DNA of 64,000 nucleotides from Gammaproteobacteria bacterium (GCA_030425905.1 JAUHZT010000001.1:17572-81571); one strand, 5' to 3'; counted from the first letter of the stretch, positions 44,066 through 54,379 are shown. The notes: generated from the letters alone by a model not told the origin. Translations and numbers: made by a program.

Positions 44066-46537
44066 CTACCCACTGAAAGACGGTTCCGCCTGAGCGCCAC
44101 GACCCTTCTGCGATGGCGTGTGATCGTCAGGCACCTTGGGCGACCGGAACGCCAACAGCCGCAGGGCGTTGAACACCACCAACACGGTCGAACCTTCGTG
44201 CATCAGAACCGCGACCCCTATGCTCAGTCCGAAAAGAGTCGAGGGCACCAGAACAGCCACCATGCCGAGGCTGAACCAGAGGTTTTGGCGAATGATGCGA
44301 CTGCTGGCGCGGCTTAATCCGACGGCGAACGGCAGGTGGCGGAGCTCATCCGCCATGAGTGCGACGTCCGCCGTCTCCAACGCGACGTCGGAACCCGCCG
44401 CTCCCATGGCAATGCCGACGGTCGCGTTGGCCATAGCGGGCGCATCGTTAACGCCATCCCCGACCATGGCCACGGCGGATTCTTCGCGGAGTTTGCGAAT
44501 CGTCTCAACCTTGTCCGCTGGCATAAGGTCGCCGTGCGCCTCGGTCAAGCCGACGTCTCTTGCTACAGCGTCCGCCACCTTCTGATTATCGCCGGAGATC
44601 ATGATCATGCGCCGTATCCCGAGTTTGGTCAGGTGTTCAATCACGATGCGCGCTGCCGATCGGGGCGTATCCATCAGCCCCAGGACACCGAGGTAATCGG
44701 CGCCCCGCCGCACGATCATGGTGGTGCGTCCCGCCGACTCGAGTTCCTCGACGACCATACGAAGCGAATCGGGCAATTCGGGCCCGTCCACCTCATTGAA
44801 CAAGTCGTCTTTGCCGATGTGAACGACGTCGTTATCGATCGTCGCTGTAACACCGCGACCAGTGATGCTCTGCAAATCAGTCGCTATCATTGCGGATGTG
44901 TCGTCGATGTGCTCAGAGCCATCCCGTACAATGGCTGCCGCCAACGGATGATCGCTCAATGTCTCGACCGCGATCGCTACGCGAAGCAATTCAGATTTCG
45001 TGACACCCTCCGTCGGCTTAATGTCGGTCAGCTTAGGTTCGCCCTCGGTCAATGTGCCCGTCTTGTCAAACGCGATCGATCGTAGCCGCCCCAGGTGCTC
45101 AAGCGGGCTGCCACCCTTGATGAGTACACCGCCGCGCGCGGCGCGTGCGATGCCGCTCAGGACGGCACTGGGCGTCGCGATCGCGAGTGCGCAGGGGCTT
45201 GCGGCAACCAACAGCGCAAACGTGCGGTAAAAGCTATCGCTCATCGATTGATCAATGAAAAAGCCAACCAGCAAAGTCACCACCGCGCCAAACAGAACAG
45301 TGGGAACGAAGATCCTCTCAAAACGATCAGTGAACTGCTGAGTCGGCGACTGATTGGTTTCTGCCTCGTGAACCATGTTCACGACCCGCGCGAGCGTAGA
45401 ATCAGCGCTGACTTTCGTGATGTACACGTGCAGTCCGCCGCTGCCATTTACCGTCCCCGCGAATACCCGGCTCGCTGCATCGACCGAATTGGGATCTTCC
45501 GCCGCTTCCTCGGTATTCGGAACAGAATGCTTGTCCACCGGTACGCTTTCGCCCGTAATCGGTGCCTGATTGACGCTGCTTGCGCCCTTGATGACGAAAC
45601 CGTCTGCCGGCAAGCGCTCGTTGGGTCGAACAAGCACTATCTCCCCGACGGCCAACTCTTCGACCGGAACATCTTCTACGCGGTCGTCTCGCACACGCGA
45701 GGCGGTTTTGGGAGCGAGATCGGCCAGCGACTCGATGGCCCGCTTGGCGCGCCCCATGGCATAACTCTCTAGGGCATGACCAAGACTGAACAGGAACAAT
45801 AACAGGGCGCCTTCCGCCCATTCACCCAGGAATGCCGCGCCAATTGCGGCGACCAGCATGAGGGTATCGATTTCAAAATGGCCGCCGCGCAGGTTCGCTA
45901 TTGCTTCTCGCAGCGTAAACCAACCGCCGAAAAAGTACGCGGCTACCAGCAATGTCTGTGGCGCCCATTTCGATACCTCAGAAAAGGCGTCGAGCGACCA
46001 ACCGGCCAGCAACGTGGCCCCGCACAACGCGACAAACACGAGTTCCGTGTTCTTTCCGAACACGGTTCCGTGCGCGTGCTCGGATTCTCCGGGTTCACTT
46101 CCCGCACCAACGAGATCGTCAAGGTGCCGGCGAAGCGCTCCTTCACCGGTCTGCTCCCGATCAAACTCGATGCGCACCTGGCCATCCGGTGCGACAATGG
46201 CCTCCAGTACTCCGGCGGCCGATGCAAGTTGATTGCCAAGACGTCTTGCCCGCGAAGCCGGCAACGCGTCTATATTCAGGAACAGGTGGCCGTACTTCGC
46301 TTGCAGCCGGGCGCCTGCTCGATTTGCGAATTGACGCAGCTCCTGAACGGAGAATTCCGATGAATCGACGTGCACGCACAGTCGCAACGGATCTCCCTGC
46401 ACGCGTTCAATCAGGTGTACTCTCTCAACACCAGTCCGGGCCGATATTTGATCGCGCAGCCGCTGAAGACAGGCATCGCCTTCTTCGTCCACATCGGGTA
46501 GCAATAATTCCAGGTCAAGCTGTGTCTTTGTCGTCAT
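44066..46537 (-). CDS. P1B-type heavy-metal ATPase with SPC motif (Co/Zn/Cd, CzcP-like class)
   Basis: 823 aa. Motifs ITGESVPV, LLVAASPCALAIATP, AFDKTGTLT and GDGVNDAPA. The ~170-aa N-terminal extension has no CxxC. Confidence 0.92.
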   Translation of the reverse strand: MTTKTQLDLELLLPDVDEEGDACLQRLRDQISARTGVERVHLIERVQGDPLRLCVHVDSSEFSVQELRQFANRAGARLQAKYGHLFLNIDALPASRARRLGNQLASAAGVLEAIVAPDGQVRIEFDREQTGEGALRRHLDDLVGAGSEPGESEHAHGTVFGKNTELVFVALCGATLLAGWSLDAFSEVSKWAPQTLLVAAYFFGGWFTLREAIANLRGGHFEIDTLMLVAAIGAAFLGEWAEGALLLFLFSLGHALESYAMGRAKRAIESLADLAPKTASRVRDDRVEDVPVEELAVGEIVLVRPNERLPADGFVIKGASSVNQAPITGESVPVDKHSVPNTEEAAEDPNSVDAASRVFAGTVNGSGGLHVYITKVSADSTLARVVNMVHEAETNQSPTQQFTDRFERIFVPTVLFGAVVTLLVGFFIDQSMSDSFYRTFALLVAASPCALAIATPSAVLSGIARAARGGVLIKGGSPLEHLGRLRSIAFDKTGTLTEGEPKLTDIKPTEGVTKSELLRVAIAVETLSDHPLAAAIVRDGSEHIDDTSAMIATDLQSITGRGVTATIDNDVVHIGKDDLFNEVDGPELPDSLRMVVEELESAGRTTMIVRRGADYLGVLGLMDTPRSAARIVIEHLTKLGIRRMIMISGDNQKVADAVARDVGLTEAHGDLMPADKVETIRKLREESAVAMVGDGVNDAPAMANATVGIAMGAAGSDVALETADVALMADELRHLPFAVGLSRASSRIIRQNLWFSLGMVAVLVPSTLFGLSIGVAVLMHEGSTVLVVFNALRLLAFRSPKVPDDHTPSQKGRGAQAEPSFSG

Positions 46538-46586
46538 CTATATGCTCCGCCTCGCTGCGATCGTTGCCGTCGTCGTAAAAGCATCA

Positions 46587-47009
46587 CTACAATTCATGTG
46601 CACAAGCGCCTTGATCCCCTGCCGCGTGGTGTTTCACCGTGACCACACTACCAGGCGGTGGGATCGCGTCGAAATCAAGAAAATAAGGCTTCCTCGTGTG
46701 CCGCGGTCGAATCCGTTGCCGGGTCGTCCGGCACTCAATACCCTCGCCGTCCGGCAAGGTGATGGCCACGTCAACGTGACCGCCGATGGGACCTTTGGTC
46801 ACCGGATCGCCGACAACCTCACCCCACAGCTGGATTCCTTGATCATCTCGCCAAAAATGAGCGGAGGTAACACGACCGTCACTGGCCGGCAATGTTTGAA
46901 TTTCGACGCCGGGGTCACTGATGTACTTGGGAATCCACGCACACGACGACATACCGAGTACGCCGAGCCCGAAAGACACCAAACCGGTGAATCGCTTAAC
47001 GCGCATCAC
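46587..47009 (-). CDS. Lipoprotein of unknown function, paralogue B
   Basis: MMRVKRFTGLVSFGLGVLGMSSC signal/lipobox. Aligns with 47877-48341 (shared FW.D..G..L.GEV and GGHVD.A.T.PD). C-terminal KHHAAGDQGACAHEL. Confidence 0.65.
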   Translation of the reverse strand: MMRVKRFTGLVSFGLGVLGMSSCAWIPKYISDPGVEIQTLPASDGRVTSAHFWRDDQGIQLWGEVVGDPVTKGPIGGHVDVAITLPDGEGIECRTTRQRIRPRHTRKPYFLDFDAIPPPGSVVTVKHHAAGDQGACAHEL

Positions 47010-47074
47010 ATCTCCTTAATCTTCCTCGCCGCGCTGGAAAGACGCTTCCTTCGCGAACACAATTGCCATCGGAA

Positions 47075-47884
47075 CTACCGTCGCGATTCCGCGTTTCGTT
47101 GCTCGACGTGCGCATGGGCTTCGCGGGCATCCAGTTCCCGGGTTGAATTGCCAGTACGGACGACGTAACGCGCTGTGCCACCGTGCTGGATAAATATTGG
47201 CACCACCGATGGTTCGATAATCAATCGGCAGACTTGCTCGTCGCCCAGGTAGGGAAATTGGCAATGAATGAGCGTACAGGCGTGCGCGCCGAGCGATTTT
47301 CGTACCACATCCATGAGTGCACGCTCGAAGCCATCGATATTTTTGTGTCTTAATGTTTGACAGTCTGCGCCAATGCCAATGACGTCACCGTTGTCGTCAA
47401 CCCCGATGATCAAGCTGCCGCCACGATGATTCATGAGTCCGGCTATTGATTTGGCAATGACATTTTCCAGTGCTTTATTGGTACATCGCTCTTTGAGATC
47501 CCAACGCAGCGTTGACTTAAATTCCAGTCGTTCGTTTTCGCCTAAGGCCACGAGACTTGGTAAGTTTAAGTTCAGTTCGTGCTCGAGCCACTGCACCCGA
47601 TCCTGCGACGACTTCAAGGCAGTGGCGTAGCGCCCAAACAGTAATCCGAAAGTAACTCCAATGAGCGCGAACGCGGCGCTCATTGGAATAAATTCAAGCC
47701 AAGCGGCAATCCGCACGCGCGCTTCAACAAACGACCAGATCGACTCGGCGGGGCTTGCCAACAGGTCATTAAATTCCGCGTAGAAAACGACCGTCATCAA
47801 AGGGTGCAGGAATAACACGCCGAGGATCGCGCCCACGGCGGCTCGTGGTAGCAGGTCACGATTTTGTCGAATTGAGCTATTCAT
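47075..47884 (-). CDS. Membrane-anchored AlbA_2 (Schlafen-type putative DNA-binding) domain protein
   Basis: Start MNSSIRQNRDLLPR at 47884 (8-nt overlap with the upstream stop). Two hydrophobic helices. Then ERLEFKSTL...HRGGSLIIGVDDNGDVIGI...ARYVVRTGNSTRELDAREA, the AlbA_2 signature. Confidence 0.75.
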   Translation of the reverse strand: MNSSIRQNRDLLPRAAVGAILGVLFLHPLMTVVFYAEFNDLLASPAESIWSFVEARVRIAAWLEFIPMSAAFALIGVTFGLLFGRYATALKSSQDRVQWLEHELNLNLPSLVALGENERLEFKSTLRWDLKERCTNKALENVIAKSIAGLMNHRGGSLIIGVDDNGDVIGIGADCQTLRHKNIDGFERALMDVVRKSLGAHACTLIHCQFPYLGDEQVCRLIIEPSVVPIFIQHGGTARYVVRTGNSTRELDAREAHAHVEQRNAESRR

Positions 47885-48341
47885 CTGTTTGATTCGAACA
47901 GCCATCGTGATTAACATCGGTCGCGTGGTACGCCACCCGTACTCGGCTTCCGCGCGGCGGCAGGGCAACGAATGCGTGCGAAAAGTCGCTATCGGCGTGC
48001 TGATTCTCATGGTATATCGGTGCAAGCGTGCAAACCGTGCTCGAACGATCCGGCACGGTAGTAGCAATATCGACATGACCACCTGGCAAAGTTTGCCCAG
48101 ATAGCGCGGGCAGCACTTCGCCGCGCAACGTCAAACCGTCGCGATCGGTCCAGAAACCGACCGACCGGAGTCGTGCCACCTCGCTTGACGCCGATTCAAT
48201 AACAACGCCCGGCTCATGGATCCTGGTAGGAACGATTGAGCAAGCAATTAGAAACGGCATCCCAACTACCATGAGAAAGCGAACGCTTTTGAACGCTGTC
48301 ACTGACTTACCCTCCTCCACGTTGTCCGCGAATACCTGCAT
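47877..48341 (-). CDS. Lipoprotein of unknown function, paralogue A
   Basis: ...VRFLMVVGMPFLIAC lipobox; the exact start is uncertain. Paralogous to 46587-47009. C-terminal YHATDVNHDGC. Confidence 0.6.
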   Translation of the reverse strand: MQVFADNVEEGKSVTAFKSVRFLMVVGMPFLIACSIVPTRIHEPGVVIESASSEVARLRSVGFWTDRDGLTLRGEVLPALSGQTLPGGHVDIATTVPDRSSTVCTLAPIYHENQHADSDFSHAFVALPPRGSRVRVAYHATDVNHDGCSNQTDE

Positions 48342-48377
48342 CGGCAGCAGGCCGTCTCGACGACTTGATGCGCGCTG

Positions 48378-48701
48378 CTATGCGGTGATCTCAATGGCCG
48401 ACTGGATCTCCGTGATATAGATCCATCCCGCGGACGGACTGCCGGTTTTGGCGTTATTCCGTATTGCATGGACGGCCTCCGCAACCCTCGTTTCGTTGTC
48501 GCAAACAAGCTCAAGCTTGACTTCGTTGGTCACTTTTTGGCCGATTTCCACCGAGTAGTGGTTTTCCTCGTTGCTAAGGGTCCTCAGTATTCCTTGCACG
48601 TCGACCACGGTAATATTATGAAAATCTGATTTGTTGAGTGCGCTGACCACGTCAGCGACGCGATTGCGGTGTACAAACGCTTTGACTTCTTTCATGTTCA
48701 T
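48378..48701 (-). CDS. P-II (GlnB)-like small protein following czcA, copy 2
   Basis: MNMKEVKAFVHRNRVADVVSALNKSDFHNITVVDVQG... Roughly two-thirds of residues are shared with copy 1 by eye. Confidence 0.8.
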   Translation of the reverse strand: MNMKEVKAFVHRNRVADVVSALNKSDFHNITVVDVQGILRTLSNEENHYSVEIGQKVTNEVKLELVCDNETRVAEAVHAIRNNAKTGSPSAGWIYITEIQSAIEITA

Positions 48702-48836
48702 GTGTCACTTCCCTTGTCGGACTTGAAAAATCTGCTGGAGCGATACGCTGTCAGCTCAATGCAGCCGTTTGCATCGCGGCAAGCGCCAACGCCGTTAAGC
48801 ACCAGCAGGCGCAACCACATTTCCGGTTCTGTTCAA

Positions 48837-51800
48837 TCATTCTGAAGCCACTCCACTTCGCCGCTCTGCGCGCGACTCCATCCACTCATAGATAACCGGC
48901 AACAAAACCAAGGTCAGCAGCGTCGAAGTGATCAGTCCACCCACCACGACCGAGGCGAGTGGTCGTTGCGTCTCAGCACCAACGCCGCTCGACAGGAGCA
49001 TTGGCACCAATCCGAGAATCGCAACGCTCGCTGTCATCAGGACGGGTCGTAAGCGCAGTTCAGCACCCTCGCGGACCGCCTCTTCGACCGAGCGGCCCTT
49101 TTCTCGCAGTTCGTTGATGAAGCTCACGAGCACAATACCGTTCAGCATCGCCACCCCAAACACCGCAATAAAGCCGATGGCAGAGGGCACCGAGACATAT
49201 TGCCCGGTGACGAACAGGGCCAGCAGTCCGCCAATCGTTGCAAAAGGTACGTTCGCAATGATGAGGGTCGCGTACTTCACTGAGTTGAATGCGGTGTACA
49301 GCAATACGAAGATGAAAAAGATCGTTAGCGGTACAATGATCGACAGGCGTGCCAATGCACGTTGCTGGTTCTCAAACGCACCACCCCACTCGATCCAATA
49401 ACCCGGCGGCAGATCCATCTGAGATTCGATGGCTGCATTGGCGTCCTGGACAAAGCTGTCTACGTCGCGACCGCGCACATCCATCTGGATGACGGCGTAA
49501 CGCTGCAATTGCTCGCGACGGACGAAGGAGTAGCCCTCCGCCACCGTCACATCAGCGACCGCAGAGAGCGGCACGATGGCACCGCCGCTTGTTTTTAGCG
49601 GAATGCGCTGAATTGACTGTACCGACGCCTTCGATTCATCGTTCAGGCGGGCCGTAATGTCGAAACGCCGCACACCATCAATTAGTGTCGAAACCGGCTC
49701 ATTGCCGATGCCGGTACGCACCACTGACAACACGTCGTCCGCGTTCAGGCCAAAGCGCGCGAGCTGGTCGCGCTTCACCTGAATTCGAATTTGCGGTTTG
49801 CCGACGTTGGCTTCGAGTGACAGATCCGCGACCCCTTCGACGCCGGCGATCACATCCTTCACTTCTTCGCTCAAGCGATCGAGTTCGGTCAGTTCTTCGC
49901 CGTAGATTTTGGCGGCAAGGGTTGCGCGTACGCCGGAGATGAGTTCCTCGACCCGCATCTGGATCGGCTGGGTAAACGCGACCACGGCGGTCGGCACCAC
50001 GACTTCCAGTTCCTCGCGCATGGCTTCCGCCAATTCTTCGATGTCGCGATCCCCGGGCCATTCATCTTCGGGATTGAGTTCCGTATAAATCTCCATGTAG
50101 TTCACATCAGCGGTTTCGCCCTTTTCGGCACGACCAATCATCGCCACCGTCGTTTTCACCTCCGGAAACTCGGACAAGGCGTTTTCAATGTCGATGGATA
50201 TCTTGATCGATTGATCGAGGGATGCCGACGGAATCGACGTCACCCGCCACATGATCGAGCCTTCCTGCAGCTGCGGCATGAATTCTTTTCCGAGGAAGGG
50301 AAACAAGGCGAGACTCGCGACGAGCAAACCGACAGCGCTGCCGACCACAATCTTCTTGTTCGCGAGTGACCATGACAGGAACGGCAGGTAGCGTGTTTTG
50401 ATCACGCGCACCAACCAGGTGTCACGCTCTTCCTTGGGTTTAAGAATCAAGGCAGCCAGCACCGGGATCAGTGTGAGCGTCAAAACGAGCGACCCTGCCA
50501 TGGCAAAGCTGATGTTGAACGCCATCGGTTTGAAGAGTTTGCCTTCCAGGCCTTCAAGCGCAAACAGCGGCAGGAACACGACGATGATGATCATGATGGC
50601 GAAGGCGATCGGGTTCGCGACTTCCCGGGCTGCGGTGAGTACCGCGGCGCTTCTATCGACCGTCTCACCGGCTTCCTTGCGTTCCGCCATGATGCGAAAC
50701 GCGTTTTCCACCATCACCACGGCTCCGTCAACCATCATGCCGATGCCAACTGCGAGCCCGGCCAGGGACATCAGGTTGGCCGATAAGCCCGCCTCGCCCA
50801 TGAAGATAAACGCGATCAACATGGCCAGCGGCAATGCCGCAATGACCACGACCGCAGAACGAATTTCTCCGAGAAACAAGAACAGCACAATCGCAACCAG
50901 AATCGAGCCTTCGATCAATGCGCTGGTTGCAGTACTCACGGCTTTGTCGACCAAATCCGTGCGGTCGTACACAGGGCGCAAGGCGACCCCTTCCGGCAAA
51001 GACTGATCGAGTATCTCGACCTTCTCCTTTACCGAATCGACCACGGCCGCAGCGTTCTCGCCCAATCGCGAGAGCGCCATACCCAGAACGACCTCTTTGC
51101 CGTCACGGGTGACCGCGCCGAAGCGCAGTGCGCCATTCTGTTCGATGCGCGCGATATCCCGAAGGTAAACTGGCGTACCGTCTTCGACCTTGACGACCAT
51201 ATCACCGATGTCGTGCTCGTTCTCGACGAGGCCCAAACCCCGCACCAAGTACTGCTCAGCACCTAAATTCACGTACTGGCCCCCGACCTGCCGGTTGTTA
51301 GCCTCAATCACCTCCATCACTTCGGTGAAGGTCAGGTCGTACTTGATGAGACTTAAGGGGTCCATCACCACCTGAAACTGGCGCTCTTGCCCGCCCCAGG
51401 AGGTAACGTCATCGACGCCCGGGGCGGTGCGTAAGATCAGGCGCACGCTCCAGTCCTGCAGAGTGCGTAGATCCATGTCGCTGATGTCGCGGTTCAGTTC
51501 CTCATCGGCCCGTTCCAGCGTGTACCAAAATACCTGGCCCAAACCGGAGGTGTTCGGCCCCATTTCGGGGGTACCATAACCCTCTGGAATGCGGTCACCG
51601 ACCTCCTGAAGCCGTTCACCGACTAGGCGACGGGCAAAGTAGATGTCCATGTCGTCCTCAAAGTAGACGGCCACGTACGATAGGCCGAACAGGCTCACCG
51701 AACGGATCTGCTGTACTTTGGGCAGCCCCGCCATGCCGGACTCCACTGGGAACGTGAGCAATTGCTCCACGTCCTCGGCGGCCAAGCCCGGGGATTCGGT

Positions 51801-51950
51801 GTAAATGTTGACCTGCGCCGGCGTCACGTCCGGGAACGCGTCAATCGGCACCGTCACCACGGCACGCCAACCGAGCGCGGCGACCACGCCGAACAGGATC
51901 AGCACCAGAAATTTGTAGCGCAGTGAGGCTTCTACGAGTTTCTCTAACAT
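48837..51950 (-). CDS. czcA: Heavy-metal efflux RND pump, CzcA/CusA family, copy 2
   Basis: 1037 aa, colinear with copy 1 along its whole length. Confidence 0.93.
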   Translation of the reverse strand: MLEKLVEASLRYKFLVLILFGVVAALGWRAVVTVPIDAFPDVTPAQVNIYTESPGLAAEDVEQLLTFPVESGMAGLPKVQQIRSVSLFGLSYVAVYFEDDMDIYFARRLVGERLQEVGDRIPEGYGTPEMGPNTSGLGQVFWYTLERADEELNRDISDMDLRTLQDWSVRLILRTAPGVDDVTSWGGQERQFQVVMDPLSLIKYDLTFTEVMEVIEANNRQVGGQYVNLGAEQYLVRGLGLVENEHDIGDMVVKVEDGTPVYLRDIARIEQNGALRFGAVTRDGKEVVLGMALSRLGENAAAVVDSVKEKVEILDQSLPEGVALRPVYDRTDLVDKAVSTATSALIEGSILVAIVLFLFLGEIRSAVVVIAALPLAMLIAFIFMGEAGLSANLMSLAGLAVGIGMMVDGAVVMVENAFRIMAERKEAGETVDRSAAVLTAAREVANPIAFAIMIIIVVFLPLFALEGLEGKLFKPMAFNISFAMAGSLVLTLTLIPVLAALILKPKEERDTWLVRVIKTRYLPFLSWSLANKKIVVGSAVGLLVASLALFPFLGKEFMPQLQEGSIMWRVTSIPSASLDQSIKISIDIENALSEFPEVKTTVAMIGRAEKGETADVNYMEIYTELNPEDEWPGDRDIEELAEAMREELEVVVPTAVVAFTQPIQMRVEELISGVRATLAAKIYGEELTELDRLSEEVKDVIAGVEGVADLSLEANVGKPQIRIQVKRDQLARFGLNADDVLSVVRTGIGNEPVSTLIDGVRRFDITARLNDESKASVQSIQRIPLKTSGGAIVPLSAVADVTVAEGYSFVRREQLQRYAVIQMDVRGRDVDSFVQDANAAIESQMDLPPGYWIEWGGAFENQQRALARLSIIVPLTIFFIFVLLYTAFNSVKYATLIIANVPFATIGGLLALFVTGQYVSVPSAIGFIAVFGVAMLNGIVLVSFINELREKGRSVEEAVREGAELRLRPVLMTASVAILGLVPMLLSSGVGAETQRPLASVVVGGLITSTLLTLVLLPVIYEWMESRAERRSGVASE

Positions 51951-51959
51951 TGGATTCCC

Positions 51960-53081
51960 CTAGTGCGCGTGGCCTTCGCCAAGCGAAGACTTAAGTAGCA
52001 GTGACTTGAGATGGAACACGCCATCGACGGCAATCTCGTCGCCAACGTTCAAGCCCCCCATGACCACGGTCCAATCGCCCACGGTCGGTCCAGCCTCGAT
52101 GGTCTCCGCATGAAATTCATGACCGTTTTCGAGTTTGAAGACAGTCGGTGATCCCTCGATCATCGTCACCGCGGCGCTCGGCACCGCGAGTATGGGTTCC
52201 CTCGTTCCGGTCACAATCTCGGTCTCGACAAACTGGCCGGGATGCAGTCGGTCATCGGCATTGTCGACCTCGATACGCAAGCCTTGCGTACGGGTGGTCT
52301 CGTCCAAGCGGTGATGACGCTGAATGACCGTACCCTTGAGCCACGTGATGCCATCAAGGCTCACGCGCGCGGTAGCACCGTCATCGATGTCGGGCATGCC
52401 GTTCGGCACCGTCTGCGCCTCCACCCACATCACCGATTCATCGCTGATGTCGATCAGCACACGGCCGGGTTCAATCAATTCACCGACGATGAAGTCGTCC
52501 TGCAAGACCGTACCGGCCTGCGGCGCCAACAACTCGAACGCGCCTGTTGCTTTGCTGGCATCACCGGATCGGGCGAGTGCCGCCGCTTGCGCCTCGGTTA
52601 TGCCGTAGGCGATCACCTTCGCAAGGGCTTGCTGCTGTGCAACCTGTGCTTCGGTGTAGCGGCGCTCGGAGACGGTTTCTCGGCCCAGGCTCTTAACCCG
52701 CTGCCATTCGCGATCCGCGACAATGAGCATACCTTGCGCCTCGGCCATCTCGACGCTCGACAGTGTCACCAGGCGTTGACCTGCCTCCACGCTATCGCCA
52801 AGCGTGACGTGACGCGCTGCAACCTGCGCCGTGATTCGGGGGGTTACGCGCGAGGAACGGTACGCGTTGATGACCACCTCGCCGGGTACGCGAATAGTCT
52901 CTTTCAGCGCCCGTGGCGCTACGGCATCCAGTACAATGCCAGCGCCGCGTTGTTCTTCCGCGGAAAGCTCAATGGAGCCGCCTTCCTCCTCGCCGTGATC
53001 ATCGTGGTCATCTTCCTGGGCATGCACCGGGGCGATCAGTGCGAAACACAGACACACCGCCCAAAGCTTCAGGGTGTTCAT
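51960..53081 (-). CDS. czcB: RND membrane fusion protein, CzcB family, copy 2
   Basis: Start MNTLKLWAVCLCFALIAPVHA preceded by GGAGAACGTAACG. Alternative ATG at 53117 with an ATGA overlap. A His/Asp-rich stretch QEDDHDDHGEEEGG follows the signal peptide. Confidence 0.88.
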   Translation of the reverse strand: MNTLKLWAVCLCFALIAPVHAQEDDHDDHGEEEGGSIELSAEEQRGAGIVLDAVAPRALKETIRVPGEVVINAYRSSRVTPRITAQVAARHVTLGDSVEAGQRLVTLSSVEMAEAQGMLIVADREWQRVKSLGRETVSERRYTEAQVAQQQALAKVIAYGITEAQAAALARSGDASKATGAFELLAPQAGTVLQDDFIVGELIEPGRVLIDISDESVMWVEAQTVPNGMPDIDDGATARVSLDGITWLKGTVIQRHHRLDETTRTQGLRIEVDNADDRLHPGQFVETEIVTGTREPILAVPSAAVTMIEGSPTVFKLENGHEFHAETIEAGPTVGDWTVVMGGLNVGDEIAVDGVFHLKSLLLKSSLGEGHAH

Positions 53082-53113
53082 CGTTACGTTCTCCGTTGTT
53101 GGTTTGGGGGTGT

Positions 53114-54379
53114 TCATTGGTAGCTACCTCGGCCCAGCCAGGCATCCACCTGTCCCGAGGCCCACAGCCATTCGAACCAGGCGCGCCACAGGGCCTCGCG
53201 GAGGTCTAGGGCGCTTTCTTGCACGTCCAGCGTCGCGGTCAGTTGCACCAGGTAGTCAGTCGTACTGAGCTCACCAGCTTCCCACAGTCGTTGCAGCTGC
53301 TCGGTCTGCCGCATAAGGCTGGCCTCGCCGATCTGTTGCCAGTCACCCCAGGCACCGCGGGAAAGTTCGTATCGCTCAGCTGCGCTAATCAATCGGGCAT
53401 AAGCGCGTTGCATGACGTCATTGGCGATTTGTTGGGCCTGGCTGCGCTCAGCCAAGGCGGCCGTCACTTCGTGGCTGAAGCTATTGCGCACGAACAGCGG
53501 AATGGTCACGTTGAGCCCGATCAGGGTCTCGCCGTCCTCGTCTCCGCCGGCGAGACTTAATGTTGGGTCCGGTCGCCGTTCGCGGCGCCGCAGTTCGACC
53601 ACTGCATCGGCCGTCGCGACTTCCCGCTGAGCCGCGAGCACTTCCGGCAGATCCACCACCAACGATTGCGGATCGTCAGCGCTTTTTGGCAGCGACGGCA
53701 AAGCATCAGGCAGCGATGGCCATTGGGCACTGGCGGATGATCGAGGCGTTAAACTGCGCACTGCCTGTCGCGCTTCGGCGAGTCCGGCGGCAGCGGTTGC
53801 TTTTTGAATTCGCGCATCGGCGGATGCCAGCCGTGCCAGGTCAAGTTCCACCTGGGCAAGATCGCCGGCGTCGAAGCGGCGTTGCGCCAGGCCCGCAAAC
53901 CGGTCCATGAAATCTCGACGAGCTTGCGCGAGCGTTTCACGCTCCACCCCGGTCTGATGCTGGGCGAGACCATCCAAGAGCTCCACGGTGACGGACCAGC
54001 GTGCGGCAAGGTACTCTGCCTCGACCACCAATCGATCAGATTCAGCTACAGCCGTTCGGGCATTGCGTTTGCCGCCCCAGTCAAGCGTCTGGCTGATACC
54101 CAACGCCCGCGTTCTGTCGGCCGCGTTTTCAGCCTCAAGGCTCAGTTCCGGGTTGTACAGTGGGCGAGAGGCGGCATCCCGAAACGCGCCGCTGGCCTCA
54201 AGCGCGGCGCGCGCAGCTTGCACGCGCGGATTTGCCTCAACCACAGTTTGCACAAATTGGATGAGTGCGGGGTCGGCACCCAGAGCGCCAGGTGTGGGCG
54301 ACTCATCAGCTGCTGCCACCCATGGACTTATTATCAGGCCGCCAACAATAAGGGCGAGCCCAGAAATGCGAATGTGCAT
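53114..54379 (-). CDS. czcC: Outer membrane factor, CzcC/TolC family, copy 2
   Basis: 421 aa with signal peptide MHIRISGLALIVGGLIISPWVAA. Colinear with copy 1. Confidence 0.85.
   Translation of the reverse strand: MHIRISGLALIVGGLIISPWVAAADESPTPGALGADPALIQFVQTVVEANPRVQAARAALEASGAFRDAASRPLYNPELSLEAENAADRTRALGISQTLDWGGKRNARTAVAESDRLVVEAEYLAARWSVTVELLDGLAQHQTGVERETLAQARRDFMDRFAGLAQRRFDAGDLAQVELDLARLASADARIQKATAAAGLAEARQAVRSLTPRSSASAQWPSLPDALPSLPKSADDPQSLVVDLPEVLAAQREVATADAVVELRRRERRPDPTLSLAGGDEDGETLIGLNVTIPLFVRNSFSHEVTAALAERSQAQQIANDVMQRAYARLISAAERYELSRGAWGDWQQIGEASLMRQTEQLQRLWEAGELSTTDYLVQLTATLDVQESALDLREALWRAWFEWLWASGQVDAWLGRGSYQ

Noticed and set aside
52242-53123. 293-aa plus-strand ORF
   Set aside because: It is antisense to czcB copy 2. 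Shadow ORF.
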